From an uncultured Gammaproteobacteria bacterium (GTDB taxonomy: Bacteria; Cyanobacteriota; Vampirovibrionia; LMEP-6097): a stretch of DNA of 39,724 nt. The position numbers were made by a program, and so were the translations under genes. Positions 28,626 to 39,724 of this stretch are shown here, in pieces. The stretch covers positions 22,881 through 62,604 of the forward strand of contig CAZKFA010000004.1 in NCBI GenBank assembly GCA_964551925.1, written 5' to 3'. Within the stretch, counting starts at the first letter, position 1. Each line of letters starts with the position of its first letter. The notes beneath the pieces are model-generated. The model saw only the letters and a program-made list of their open reading frames with translations, ran no database searches and was not told the DNA's origin.

Positions 28626-30498
28626 ACTTTAGATTAGAAATTCTCAAAGGATTCTCCTTTGATATCTCTTGCCAAGCATTAGATACTGTCGGAGACCAAG
28701 TTTGAGAAGCTATACTATCCGATTTCTTAAGATTGCAAGCAACACAAGAAGCATATAAATTACGCTCATCTTTATTAAGAGCAGGGAACTGCGAGGCTGG
28801 CAAATGATGATCATAGCTTGCCAAATGCGACTGTAATTTCTCTGGCTCATCAACATCTAAGAGTTTTTGCTTAACTAGGTCAGGATGCAACAAAGGTTTA
28901 GCGCAATAAACACAAGTATAATTGTCTCGCTGCCAAACCTTCTCTAATACTGATCTTGATGGCGAGGAGTTAGGACGAGATCTATTAACAACCTCTTTAG
29001 TCCCTAAAGACAACTTATCTAATTCTCTTACTAAAATTTCTTTGGCTAATTGATCTAGCTCAGATATATATTTATCTTTAAGCCAATTCTCGCCAATGTA
29101 GTCGCCTTTCATCACTACTGAGTAATCTTTATCGCTTGCCACTATGGTAAAAAAAGTCCTATTGCCTTGAGAAGCAATCTGTGACTTAATTTGAGCAGAA
29201 TTCAACAACGACACCTCTACTGATCCTAAGCGAGCTAAGAATTTTTTGGAAACCGGATCAGTCTCAGTAAAGCTAAAATCATCAACATATGATTTACGAA
29301 TAGGCTCATCTTCCAGACTAGCAAAATGAGAGCCTATCATACCCATAGCAGCTTCAGTCTTAATCTGGGTAATACTAGGCGAGTAAGGGCGTTCTTCTAG
29401 CTTAGTATAGTGATTAGCATTATCAAGCAACGCCTGATTAAAATCCGTTTGCTGAGGCTGATTCAGCCTAGCATAATCCTGAATACTAGGTTGGAAACTT
29501 TTATTACTATTATAAAAACTATCAGAGATGGCTTTAGAGACAGCGTCGCCAACTAAAGTATAGATTTGGTTGGTTTGTTGATACTTAACCTCTTGTTTAT
29601 TAGGATGTACATTGACATCCACCAAAGCAGGATCAAGATTAAGATTAATCACAGCAACAGGATACTTACCAGCAGGCAAGAGCTCTTTATAAACCGCTTC
29701 CAGAGCAGATCTCATGATATAACAACGCACTATGCGCTTATTAATAATAGTAAATATGCCACGTTTATCCGATCTGGTTAATTCTGGCAAACTAGTAAAG
29801 CCTATAACAGAGATACCATTGCGCTCTTGCTTAACAGGGATCAATTTCTTATAAATATCATCAGCAAAGATTTCAGCTATTGCTTTAGCCTGATCAGCAG
29901 AACCACTAGTAGCTAATGCAACTCGTCCATCAATCTTCAACTCAAAAGCAATCTCTGAGTTAGCTATAGCTAAGGATCTTACTGTATCAATAACTAAATT
30001 ACGTTCTTTGTTATTAGCTTTGAGAAATTTTAGGCGCGCAGGCGTATTAAAGAATAATTCATCAACTGTAATATTAGTGCCAGTCACAGCACCAGTTTGA
30101 GTTATATTCTCCTTACCACTTTCTATATAGATCTTATGAGCATGAATATCTTCCTTCCGCTTAGAAATACACTCGAGCTTAGAAACAGCAGCAATACTAG
30201 CCAGAGCCTCTCCACGAAAGCCATTAGTAATAAGGCTTTGAAGGTCTTCAATTGTTTGAATCTTGCTTGTAGCATGACGCTTAAAAGCTAAAGATAAATC
30301 TTCCCTGCTCATACCAACACCATTGTCAATGACTTGGATTTTGAGTAATTGCTTACTTAGTTCAATATAAATCTTAGTTGCTTGAGCATCAATACTATTC
30401 TCTACTAATTCTTTGATAATAGAATTAGGACCCTCAACTACCTCACCAGCAGCGATTTGGTTAGCTATATGTTCCGGCAATATGGATATCTTAGGCAC
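28606..30498 (-). CDS. mutL: MutL-family GHKL ATPase with a C-terminal HNH endonuclease domain
   Basis: NQIAAGEVV, KELVENSIDA, DNGVGM, HATSKI, GFRGEALASI, LFFNTPAR, VDVNVHPNK. C-terminal RDNYTCVYC...DHHLP...NLYASCVACNLKK. No DQHA motif. GTG start. Confidence 0.92.
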   Translation of the reverse strand: MPKISILPEHIANQIAAGEVVEGPNSIIKELVENSIDAQATKIYIELSKQLLKIQVIDNGVGMSREDLSLAFKRHATSKIQTIEDLQSLITNGFRGEALASIAAVSKLECISKRKEDIHAHKIYIESGKENITQTGAVTGTNITVDELFFNTPARLKFLKANNKERNLVIDTVRSLAIANSEIAFELKIDGRVALATSGSADQAKAIAEIFADDIYKKLIPVKQERNGISVIGFTSLPELTRSDKRGIFTIINKRIVRCYIMRSALEAVYKELLPAGKYPVAVINLNLDPALVDVNVHPNKQEVKYQQTNQIYTLVGDAVSKAISDSFYNSNKSFQPSIQDYARLNQPQQTDFNQALLDNANHYTKLEERPYSPSITQIKTEAAMGMIGSHFASLEDEPIRKSYVDDFSFTETDPVSKKFLARLGSVEVSLLNSAQIKSQIASQGNRTFFTIVASDKDYSVVMKGDYIGENWLKDKYISELDQLAKEILVRELDKLSLGTKEVVNRSRPNSSPSRSVLEKVWQRDNYTCVYCAKPLLHPDLVKQKLLDVDEPEKLQSHLASYDHHLPASQFPALNKDERNLYASCVACNLKKSDSIASQTWSPTVSNAWQEISKENPLRISNLKFSHHTH

Positions 30499-33170
30499 TA
30501 AATCTTTTGTGTTTCTTTTTGCTGGACGGCAAACTTAAACTCCTCGCTAAAGTCAATAGCAACGGTAGAGTTATCTTTTAGTGTACCAGCTAGAATAAGG
30601 TTTGCAAGTTGATTTTCGATTTTTTGCTGAATAACGCGCTTCACGGGTCTAGCTCCATAACTTGGATCAAAACCAATAATACCAAGCTGTTCAAGGGCAT
30701 AATCAGTAATTTCTAGATCAATCTTCCTGTCTTTCAGACGCTCACGCAAGCTTTGTAATTGAATCTCAACTATCTGCTTCATCTGACCCATTTGTAGTGG
30801 TGAGAATATAACGATGTCATCAATTCGATTCAAAAATTCTGGTCTAAAATGCTCCTTCATTAAAGCCATAATCTCATCTTTGATTCTTTCTTTAGCTGAT
30901 ACTCTCTCAAAGCCATCATCTTCTTCGGCAGAATCCTTGAAACCTTCTTGCAACTGTTGTTCAATAATATACTGACTGCCAAAATTTGACGTCATAATAA
31001 TTATGGTATTTTTGAAATCAACTTTCTTACCACGCCCATCAGTAAGGCGTCCATCATCAAGTATCTGCAAAAGAATATTACTGATGTCAGGATGCGCTTT
31101 CTCAAACTCATCAAGCAAAACTATTGAGTAAGGCTTGCGACGAACGGCTTCTGTTAACTGTCCACCCTCTTCATAACCAACATAACCTGGTGGAGCTCCA
31201 ATCAAACGCGCAATACTATGCTCTTCTTGATACTCAGACATATCTAAACGCACTATAGCGTTCTCATCATCAAACAAAGATTGAGCCAATGCTTTAGCTA
31301 ATTCTGTTTTACCAACACCAGTTGGACCCAAGAACATAAAAGAAGCAATAGGGCGATTAGGATTAGAAAGCCCAGCTCGAGAACGTTTGACCGCATCAGC
31401 AACCGCAGTTACAGCTTCATCTTGACCAACGACTCGCTTATGCAATTCATCAGCTAAGTTTAATAGTTTATCTGATTCTTCAGCTAATAATTTCGTTACT
31501 GGTATGCCAGTCCATTTAGCAACAATATCTGCAATTTCACTTTCATCAATTTCTTCTTTTAATAAATTCTTGCGCTTGCTCTTATTAGAAGACGCTTCTT
31601 CAACGGCTTTTAGCTGCTTTTCTAATTCAAGCAATGTGCCGAACTTAAGTTCAGCAGCTCGCTGTAAATCAGCCTTACGCTCAGCATTCTCAATTAAAGC
31701 TTTGGTCTCTTCAATTTTTTGCTTGATTTCCTTAACTCCAACAATAGAAGATTTCTCAGCCTGCCATTGGCTACGTAATTTATCAGCCTTACCAGTTAAA
31801 TCATTTAGCTCTTCTTCAATTTTCTCCAATCTATCTTTATTACTATCATTATCAGCTTCAGCCCTAATCGCTTCTCTTTCAATCTTAAGTTGCATAATTC
31901 TTCGATCGAGATGATCGAGCTCCTGAGGCGATGAATCGATCTCTACACGTAACTTTGCTGTCGCTTCGTCAATCAAATCAATAGCCTTATCAGGCAAGAA
32001 TCTCTCTGTAATATATCTATGACTAAGCTTGGCTGCTGCAACAATCGCATTATCCTTGATACGCACACCATGATGTGCCTCATACTTGCCTTTCAAACCA
32101 CGCAAAATAGAAATAGTCTCCTCTACACTCGGTTCATCAACCAAGACCATCTGGAATCTACGTTCAAGCGCTGAATCTTTCTCTATATATTTGCGATACT
32201 CATCAAGTGTAGTAGCACCAATACAATGCAATTCACCACGCGCCAAAGCTGGCTTAAGTAGGTTACTAGCATCCATAGAACCCTCTGTAGAACCAGCTCC
32301 TACGACCGTATGCAATTCATCAATAAACAAAACTATCTGACCTTCAGCGCTTTGTACTTCTTTAAGTACGGCTTTTAATCGTTCTTCAAATTCACCGCGG
32401 AATTTAGCTCCTGCAATTAAAGCACCCATGTCAAGCTCAATGACTTTTTTGTCGCGCAGACTTTCGGGAACATCTTTATTAATTATCCTCAAAGCCAATC
32501 CCTCAGCAATAGCCGTCTTACCAACACCAGGTGCGCCAACTAAAACCGGATTGTTCTTACGGCGACGCGAAAGTACTTGAATAACTCTACGAATTTCTTC
32601 ATCGCGTCCAATTACTGGATCTAATTTACCTTGGGCGGCAAGCTCAGTAAGATCCTTACCAAATTTATTGAGTGCATCTGTCGTTGATTCTGGATTATCA
32701 TTGGTTACACGCTGCCCCTTGCGCAGATCAGCAATAGCCTTCAAAACCTTATCCTTACTGAGTCCTAGATCTTTAAGAATTAAAGGCAATCTACCTTTAT
32801 CATCAAAACTGGCTAACAACAAATGCTCTAATGAAACATAATCATCACGCATCTTAGTAGCTTCTTTCAAAGCAGCTTCAAAAAAATCTTGAGTTGTAGC
32901 AGAGATAGCTAATTGATCTTGAGCAACCATAGTTGGGCTAGCTTTAGGTTTGGACTTAAGGTACTCGCGCACTTTATCGCTCAAGTCCAAAACATCAACG
33001 TTACTCTTCTCTAGAATTTGATAAAAAAGCGAGTTTTTTATATCATCTAACAAACAAACAGAAGCTAGTATATGCTCCGGTTCGATAACGGCATGATCTA
33101 AACTCTTTAAGAGTTCGCGACAATTCAAAATAGCCGCTTGGGTATTTTTAGTGAATTTACTGAAGTCCAT
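30498..33170 (-). CDS. clpB: ATP-dependent chaperone ClpB
   Basis: Two AAA+ modules ([16 protein letters not shown]), long middle coiled coil, [15 protein letters not shown]. Confidence 0.97.
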   Translation of the reverse strand: MDFSKFTKNTQAAILNCRELLKSLDHAVIEPEHILASVCLLDDIKNSLFYQILEKSNVDVLDLSDKVREYLKSKPKASPTMVAQDQLAISATTQDFFEAALKEATKMRDDYVSLEHLLLASFDDKGRLPLILKDLGLSKDKVLKAIADLRKGQRVTNDNPESTTDALNKFGKDLTELAAQGKLDPVIGRDEEIRRVIQVLSRRRKNNPVLVGAPGVGKTAIAEGLALRIINKDVPESLRDKKVIELDMGALIAGAKFRGEFEERLKAVLKEVQSAEGQIVLFIDELHTVVGAGSTEGSMDASNLLKPALARGELHCIGATTLDEYRKYIEKDSALERRFQMVLVDEPSVEETISILRGLKGKYEAHHGVRIKDNAIVAAAKLSHRYITERFLPDKAIDLIDEATAKLRVEIDSSPQELDHLDRRIMQLKIEREAIRAEADNDSNKDRLEKIEEELNDLTGKADKLRSQWQAEKSSIVGVKEIKQKIEETKALIENAERKADLQRAAELKFGTLLELEKQLKAVEEASSNKSKRKNLLKEEIDESEIADIVAKWTGIPVTKLLAEESDKLLNLADELHKRVVGQDEAVTAVADAVKRSRAGLSNPNRPIASFMFLGPTGVGKTELAKALAQSLFDDENAIVRLDMSEYQEEHSIARLIGAPPGYVGYEEGGQLTEAVRRKPYSIVLLDEFEKAHPDISNILLQILDDGRLTDGRGKKVDFKNTIIIMTSNFGSQYIIEQQLQEGFKDSAEEDDGFERVSAKERIKDEIMALMKEHFRPEFLNRIDDIVIFSPLQMGQMKQIVEIQLQSLRERLKDRKIDLEITDYALEQLGIIGFDPSYGARPVKRVIQQKIENQLANLILAGTLKDNSTVAIDFSEEFKFAVQQKETQKI

Positions 33171-33226
33171 ATATTATCAATTGTAACAAAGGCTCATACC
33201 GACTATATACCCAAAAAAATCAAAGA

Positions 33227-34069
33227 TTAGCGATTCTTATTTAGAGCGAAGTGCAGCAACGTAGAGAAGCCATAACTAACTACTATACACTGTATAGTAC
33301 CAACAATCACACCATAACGAGGAAAAGCTAAACTCGCAATCAAAGCATAAACCAGCAAAGAAATGGATCCTAATGGCACACGATTGAAAATATGCAGCAA
33401 TCTATCGTATTCATAATAATAATGAAAGATAACTACATTAGACATAAAGGCCGCTGGAAACATAGAAAATAACGTAGCCCAAAAAGCTCCCGCCATCTTA
33501 CCTAAATAAACAGTTAATGCCACCATGATACCAGCAAATATAGCTCGTCCAATTTGTTGCCATAAAGAATAGTGAAATATTACTGGGGCCGTTTGTGGTT
33601 TCTCTAATTTACGGAAAGCATAAGAGGTGAAGATGACAGCAAGTACAAAAGCTATCAACGATAAGCTTAGATCGTTAAATTGATAAATCGCAAGCGGCAA
33701 ACTTAATAGCAACCATAATGCAATTGCAACAATAAAACTTATAAGGATTAAAATTTTCTTGCGCTGTTTATTTGTTTTATCACCAGGCAGAACGCTCTGA
33801 CAGAGCCATTTAGCAAGGATAATATAAAACACAATGATTACAAAAGTCACAGCTAAGGTTATCGGAACCAAAGCAAGACTACGATTAAACTCAACTGAGT
33901 CTGTAACTAAGCCTAAGAAAAAAAAATTTACAATAATTGTTGAGGGTAAAGCTACAATTATTCCAGCCATCTTGCTAGAGACTCTCTCTGCAATATAAGT
34001 CTGTAATGCAATAACCAAACCGCCTAGAACAAAAGAACTGATTAGTTGTATCGCGAATAATTTATTCAT
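33227..34069 (-). CDS. Integral membrane protein with internal duplication (possibly DUF3147-like)
   Basis: About 8-9 TM segments; two related halves, GGLVIAL...AGIIVALP and AGIMVAL...ATLFSMFP. Confidence 0.75.
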   Translation of the reverse strand: MNKLFAIQLISSFVLGGLVIALQTYIAERVSSKMAGIIVALPSTIIVNFFFLGLVTDSVEFNRSLALVPITLAVTFVIIVFYIILAKWLCQSVLPGDKTNKQRKKILILISFIVAIALWLLLSLPLAIYQFNDLSLSLIAFVLAVIFTSYAFRKLEKPQTAPVIFHYSLWQQIGRAIFAGIMVALTVYLGKMAGAFWATLFSMFPAAFMSNVVIFHYYYEYDRLLHIFNRVPLGSISLLVYALIASLAFPRYGVIVGTIQCIVVSYGFSTLLHFALNKNR

Positions 34070-34076
34070 ACATTTC

Positions 34077-34285
34077 TACAGGACACCCACAGTTGGCTTT
34101 ATCCGCGAATAATTGCTTTGCAATTATTCTTGATGCTACGAGGGCTTAATTACAACATTGTAACTTGTAGTAAGATTGCCCCTCGTAAGGCACGTTTGAG
34201 GCGAAAAATCCGAGTTGACTACTCGTCAATGATGATTTTGAGCCGAAAACTAACGCAGAAATAAGCCAACTGTGTAAGTCCTGTA
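34077..34285. mobile_element. MITE-like palindromic element (209 bp, 23-bp terminal inverted repeats, TA ends)
   Basis: TACAGGACACCCACAGTTGGCTT (34077-34099) matches the reverse complement of 34263-34285 at 20/23; several internal hairpins. Confidence 0.78.
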
Positions 34286-34297
34286 TATAATTGAAGC

Positions 34298-34981
34298 ATG
34301 AAGAAAGCAATTCTAGTAATACTCGCAGGCTGCGGAGCTAAAGATGGAGCTGAGATTCACGAGTCAGTGCTGACGCTGCTCGCAATTGATAAAGCTGGAG
34401 CCCAGTACCAATGTGCCGCTCCTAACAAAAACCAACATCACGTTTTAAATTTTATTAACAATTCTGAATTACCAGAGACGCGCAATGTACTAATAGAGTC
34501 AGCTCGCATCGCTCGCGGTAATATTCTTGACCTAAGTCAAGTGTCTATGAATGATTATGCTGCTGTGATTCTCCCTGGTGGCTTTGGAGTGGCGAAGAAC
34601 CTTTGTAGCTTTGCCTTCGATGGCGCTAAAGCAAGTATTGATCCAGAAGTCAGTCGTATTATCAATGAAGCCTATGATCAAGGCAAACCAATCGGAGCAA
34701 TTTGCATTGCTCCAGCTCTAGTTGCTCTAGCTCTAGCAGGAAAAAATCCTGATATTCTACTTACTTTAGGAACAGATAGCAGCTCTAATCATAGTTTAGA
34801 AGAGATTGGCGTACAAGCTAAGACTTGCTTGACAACAGCCTTTGTTAGAGATGATGCCAATAAAATCTATTCTAGCCCAGCTTACATGCATGGCGATTCT
34901 CGCATCTCTGAATTAGAACAGGGTATAAATCAATGTGTCAATGCAGTAGTAGAGATGGCTTATGCCAAAAGTAAAGTGTGA
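34298..34981 (+). CDS. elbB: ElbB/ES1-family glyoxalase (DJ-1/PfpI superfamily)
   Basis: LAGCGAKDGAEIHESV, RNVLIESARIARG, PGGFGVAKNL, ICIAP, SSPAYM. Confidence 0.93.
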   Translation: MKKAILVILAGCGAKDGAEIHESVLTLLAIDKAGAQYQCAAPNKNQHHVLNFINNSELPETRNVLIESARIARGNILDLSQVSMNDYAAVILPGGFGVAKNLCSFAFDGAKASIDPEVSRIINEAYDQGKPIGAICIAPALVALALAGKNPDILLTLGTDSSSNHSLEEIGVQAKTCLTTAFVRDDANKIYSSPAYMHGDSRISELEQGINQCVNAVVEMAYAKSKV

Positions 34982-35377
34982 TCATTCAAAAATACTTTTT
35001 GAATTCTGCTGCAAATAATTTACAAGATCTTTTTTTGTTTTTGTCTTGGATAATAATCCAAGAATCATATCAGCAAGTTCAGTATCGTAACTTTCATTCA
35101 GTTCATAGCCATTGAGAAAAAGAAATGTTAGACCTGATAGCGCTGCGCTTCTTTTATTACCATCAACAAAAGGATGATTAACTGCAATAGAATGGATATA
35201 AGTAGCAGCCATTTCAAAAAAAGTCATTAAGTACTTTCCTTCAAAACTAGCTTTGGGAGCCTCAATGGCAGAGTCTAATAAATTCAAATCACGAATTTGA
35301 GAAAGATGAGAAGCAAATAAAACCTCTTGTTTATGGAGAAACAAGACATCTTCTAATGTAAGGAAATTTGGCTCCAT
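34982..35377 (-). CDS. doc: Doc-type (Fic family) toxin
   Basis: IRDLNLLDSA...P and the Doc-type motif HPFVDGNKR. Confidence 0.9.
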   Translation of the reverse strand: MEPNFLTLEDVLFLHKQEVLFASHLSQIRDLNLLDSAIEAPKASFEGKYLMTFFEMAATYIHSIAVNHPFVDGNKRSAALSGLTFLFLNGYELNESYDTELADMILGLLSKTKTKKDLVNYLQQNSKSIFE

Positions 35378-35584
35378 TTATTGACCAAGTTTATCAAGAG
35401 ATTTGCGGTGTTTTTTTGCAAGTCTTTTGTAAATTTGCTTAACATTAATTGGTTTAAGGAATAGTCCGCCATCTTGTATTTGAACTTCAAAAGAACCAGA
35501 CTCATCAAGTTCAAGCATTTCAAGAATAGCCTTAGGGATCACAATTCCTTTACTATTACCTATTTTTTGTAGTGATCTAATCAT
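35378..35584 (-). CDS. AbrB/MazE-family antitoxin
   Basis: LQKIGNSKGIVIPK swapped-hairpin motif; directly upstream of doc; C-terminal KHRKSLDKLG helix. Confidence 0.88.
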   Translation of the reverse strand: MIRSLQKIGNSKGIVIPKAILEMLELDESGSFEVQIQDGGLFLKPINVKQIYKRLAKKHRKSLDKLGQ

Positions 35585-35598
35585 AATAAGCCTCGCCT

Positions 35599-35624
35599 AA
35601 TGTTCTTACAATGTTATTATACCA
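35599..35624 (-). promoter_or_regulatory. Putative TA promoter (TGgTATAAT) with downstream AACATT direct repeats
   Basis: - strand TGGTATAAT (35624-35616) inside the ispG 3' end; AACATT at 35615-35610 and 35604-35599. Confidence 0.55.
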
Positions 35625-36871
35625 CGGGAATCCAATTTCGTAACACAAAACCTCTCCTGAATATATTTATCTAAGAGTAATTTAAACTCATTACTAATAT
35701 TATCTCCGCGCAAAGTCGTATGTAGAATGCCATTGATAAATACTGGTGCTACTGGATCTTCATTATCACCAGGCAAGCTTATACCAATATCAGCATATTT
35801 AGACTCGCCAGGTCCATTCACTATGCAGCCCATGACAGCGATCTTGAGTTTCTCAACACCAGGATACTCTAACTTCCATTGGTTGATCTTAAATAAAATA
35901 TGTTCGTTAATTTCCTCTGCTAATTGTTGAAAATAATTACTAGAAGTTCTGCCACAACCTGGACAACTAGTAACAGATGGTTTGAAATAACTCAAACCTA
36001 ATGCCTGTAAGAGCTCCTGGCAAGCTTGCACCTCTAGCGTTCTATCAGCAAGCACTGTATCACCAACAGCTGGAGTTAATGACATGCGTATAGTGTTACC
36101 AATACCTTCGTTTAATAATATACCAAGAGCGGCAGCACTTGCTATCATGCCCTTGATAGGAGTCCCAGCTTCTGTCAAACCTAGATGCAGAGGGGCTTTG
36201 GTCAATGGTGCAATCATACGATAGACATTTATCAGATCTTCTACTTCAGACATCTTAACACTGAGAATAATTTTGTTTTCGCTCAGTCCAGCTTCAATCG
36301 CCTGATCTATAGAACGTAGCGCACTCTCTATCATCGCCTTATAAACAACTTCCTTAAAAGCCAATGGCTGACTGGAGTTAGCGTTAGCCATCATAAACTC
36401 TGTGAGCAACTCTTGATCAAGTGAACCCCAATTCACTCCAATACGAACAGCTTTATCATTAGCTCGCGCTATTTGAATAATAGTCTTAAAATTATAATCA
36501 TGCTTATCACCATAACCAACATTACCTGGGTTAATACGATACTTCGCTAGAACACTGGCACAGAGTGGATACTTAGCAAGTAACAAGTGTCCGTTATAAT
36601 GAAAATCCCCAACTAGAGGTATGTCCAAACCTTCAGCACGCAATGCTGAGACTATCTCAGGGACGAGCTTAGCGGAGTCCTCATCTTTAATAGTAAGCCT
36701 AACTAAAGCTGAGCCAGCATTATACAATTTCTTAATCTGCGCTACCGTGCTCAAAACATCTGTAGTAGCGGTATTGGTCATAGACTGCACTACTATTGGG
36801 TATTCTGACCCAATCCAAAGCCTGTCAGTGATTTGTACTTGGTGGGTATCCCTAGTTTTTAATATTGCCAT
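35606..36871 (-). CDS. ispG: HMBPP synthase IspG/GcpE
   Basis: IVVQSMTNT, DFHYNGH, RINPGN, HLGLTEAG, SCPGCGRT, MGCIVNGPGE. Confidence 0.97.
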   Translation of the reverse strand: MAILKTRDTHQVQITDRLWIGSEYPIVVQSMTNTATTDVLSTVAQIKKLYNAGSALVRLTIKDEDSAKLVPEIVSALRAEGLDIPLVGDFHYNGHLLLAKYPLCASVLAKYRINPGNVGYGDKHDYNFKTIIQIARANDKAVRIGVNWGSLDQELLTEFMMANANSSQPLAFKEVVYKAMIESALRSIDQAIEAGLSENKIILSVKMSEVEDLINVYRMIAPLTKAPLHLGLTEAGTPIKGMIASAAALGILLNEGIGNTIRMSLTPAVGDTVLADRTLEVQACQELLQALGLSYFKPSVTSCPGCGRTSSNYFQQLAEEINEHILFKINQWKLEYPGVEKLKIAVMGCIVNGPGESKYADIGISLPGDNEDPVAPVFINGILHTTLRGDNISNEFKLLLDKYIQERFCVTKLDSRGIITL

Positions 36872-36941
36872 AAGCTTTCAAAGTCAATCCTAATCATATT
36901 TTAGCAAATCAAAGCGTTACGTATTGTTAAGATAGTAAGCA

Positions 36942-37199
36942 ATGAGATTAGATGGGACTACACCAAAAGCACAAGCTTATAATGGCGACCAAGCTAATTT
37001 TGCTAGCTATAGACCCAATCCTCAAATTGACCACAAGTGGATGGCTAGTCACGAAGATCGTCACTTAGAGAATGGTTTGTTTGATATCAAAGGTCTAGGT
37101 TTTGATCAAGTACCACCTTCACTACAAAAAGCAATATTAGAGAAAGCAAAAGTGGAACCATTAACTGTTGCTGAACATGCAAGGCAATTTCAGCGATTA

Positions 37200-37217
<18 letters not shown>
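36942..37217 (+). CDS. Small hypothetical protein
   Basis: 91-aa ORF filling the ispG-pyrF gap; TGtTAAGAT (36925-36933) lies 8 nt before the ATG. Confidence 0.65.
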
Positions 37218-38827
<1,610 letters not shown>

Positions 38828-38838
38828 TTAGAGTTATT

Positions 38839-39594
38839 TTAGCAGGTGGGAGGAGGTACTAAATGCCTTGACAAAGGCCCAGTGGGTATAAGTGCATCGG
38901 GTATTTGTTTAAGCCTAGGGTCAAAAGGAGCTTGCATATCTGGAATCTTCAGGAAACCTGTTGTTGGTATCTCTTCAGGAGTGGACGGAAAGTGCGGCAC
39001 TGGTTCTGTTGGTCCAGGGAGAGGTGTTGGTATTAAAGCTGGTCTATAAGGAGGAGTCAAATAGGGCATTCCAGGATAAATTGGATAAGCAGGGTTGCAA
39101 ATGTTTGAAGGCATTGGCATATATGGTACTACTGGTGGGAACATTGATAGACTGTGGATTTGATAATTAATTGCTAGATCAGACAAACTTTGACTCACTC
39201 CCCTTAAATTAGCTTTAAGTAAAGGCGTCAAAGCTGGTAAAGGTAAAGTAACTATTTTATTAATATCAGTAATAACTTGCTGTACAATACTCATGCTGCT
39301 ATGAATTAATCCTCTAACATGTGCTAAATCATCATGTAACCATTTTGGATAATCACTAGAACCCGCTCCCTTAACCAAAAAAGAACTTGGCTCACGACAT
39401 AGAGCCTGAGCCATCTCTCTATAATCACAAAGAGTTTGACCATTATCTACAGAGACTGGAACAGCTTTGCTTAAATTATCAACAGCACTGATTAAATTTT
39501 GCGGATCAGTCTTCTCGTGAGAAGCCGACATCAAGCGGTCAGATGCCTTGCGTAAATTATCAACAAACAAACCATCTATATAGAAGTTGACCAT
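38839..39594 (-). CDS. Hypothetical protein with Pro-rich C-terminus
   Basis: 251-aa ORF; TGtTATAAT (39610-39602) lies 7 nt before the ATG; roughly the last 100 aa are Pro-rich. Confidence 0.75.
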   Translation of the reverse strand: MVNFYIDGLFVDNLRKASDRLMSASHEKTDPQNLISAVDNLSKAVPVSVDNGQTLCDYREMAQALCREPSSFLVKGAGSSDYPKWLHDDLAHVRGLIHSSMSIVQQVITDINKIVTLPLPALTPLLKANLRGVSQSLSDLAINYQIHSLSMFPPVVPYMPMPSNICNPAYPIYPGMPYLTPPYRPALIPTPLPGPTEPVPHFPSTPEEIPTTGFLKIPDMQAPFDPRLKQIPDALIPTGPLSRHLVPPPTC

Positions 39595-39724
39595 GAGAAA
39601 AATTATAACAGTTCCTACTGATTTGAGGATTCTTGCAATTACTCAGTTCATCAAAAAAAGTTAATTAACTAATAAGCTAAATATCTAAGAGATATCTAAC
39701 TAAGCCCTTAACTCCAAAACCCGT

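Noticed and set aside
28717-28960. HNH region as an intein, intron-encoded or separate homing endonuclease
   Set aside because: It is C-terminal and in-frame, with no intein splice motifs, no resumption of MutL sequence afterwards and no separate start.
33918-33926. A9 homopolymer as a phase-variation site
   Set aside because: The frame is intact and such runs are expected in AT-rich DNA.
34298-36871. Functional isoprenoid link between elbB and ispG
   Set aside because: They are convergent and separated by a TA pair, and ElbB is a glyoxalase; proximity is probably coincidental.

Overview
An AT-rich, gene-dense bacterial chromosomal segment with about 37 CDS and no rRNA, tRNA, CRISPR array or transposase that I could recognise. 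Housekeeping genes are mixed in non-canonical operons: rplY, truA, grpE, purC, pyrK/pyrB/pyrD/pyrF, mnmA, folD, ligA, atpI-atpB, rodA, clpB, mutL, ispG and elbB. There is also a flagellar hook-junction cluster (flgL-flgL-flgK), a Doc/AbrB toxin-antitoxin pair and several orphan ORFs. Cyanobacteria-like RodA and MnmA together with flagellar genes suggest a non-photosynthetic Cyanobacteriota relative (Vampirovibrionia/Melainabacteria); this is inference only. The best candidate for novelty is a MutL with an intact GHKL ATPase/transducer N-terminus that lacks the normal C-terminal DQHA(X)2E(X)4E endonuclease domain. It instead ends in a Zn-binding HNH nuclease domain and is translationally coupled to clpB. 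Other points of interest: duplicated FlgL genes ahead of FlgK sharing one inserted module, a possible lectin-like insert in FlgK, two MITE-like palindromic elements, a REP-like element in-frame inside spoIID, and pervasive -10 boxes 6-10 nt from start codons (leaderless and bidirectional promoters). All assignments are from motif reading by eye; no searches were run.
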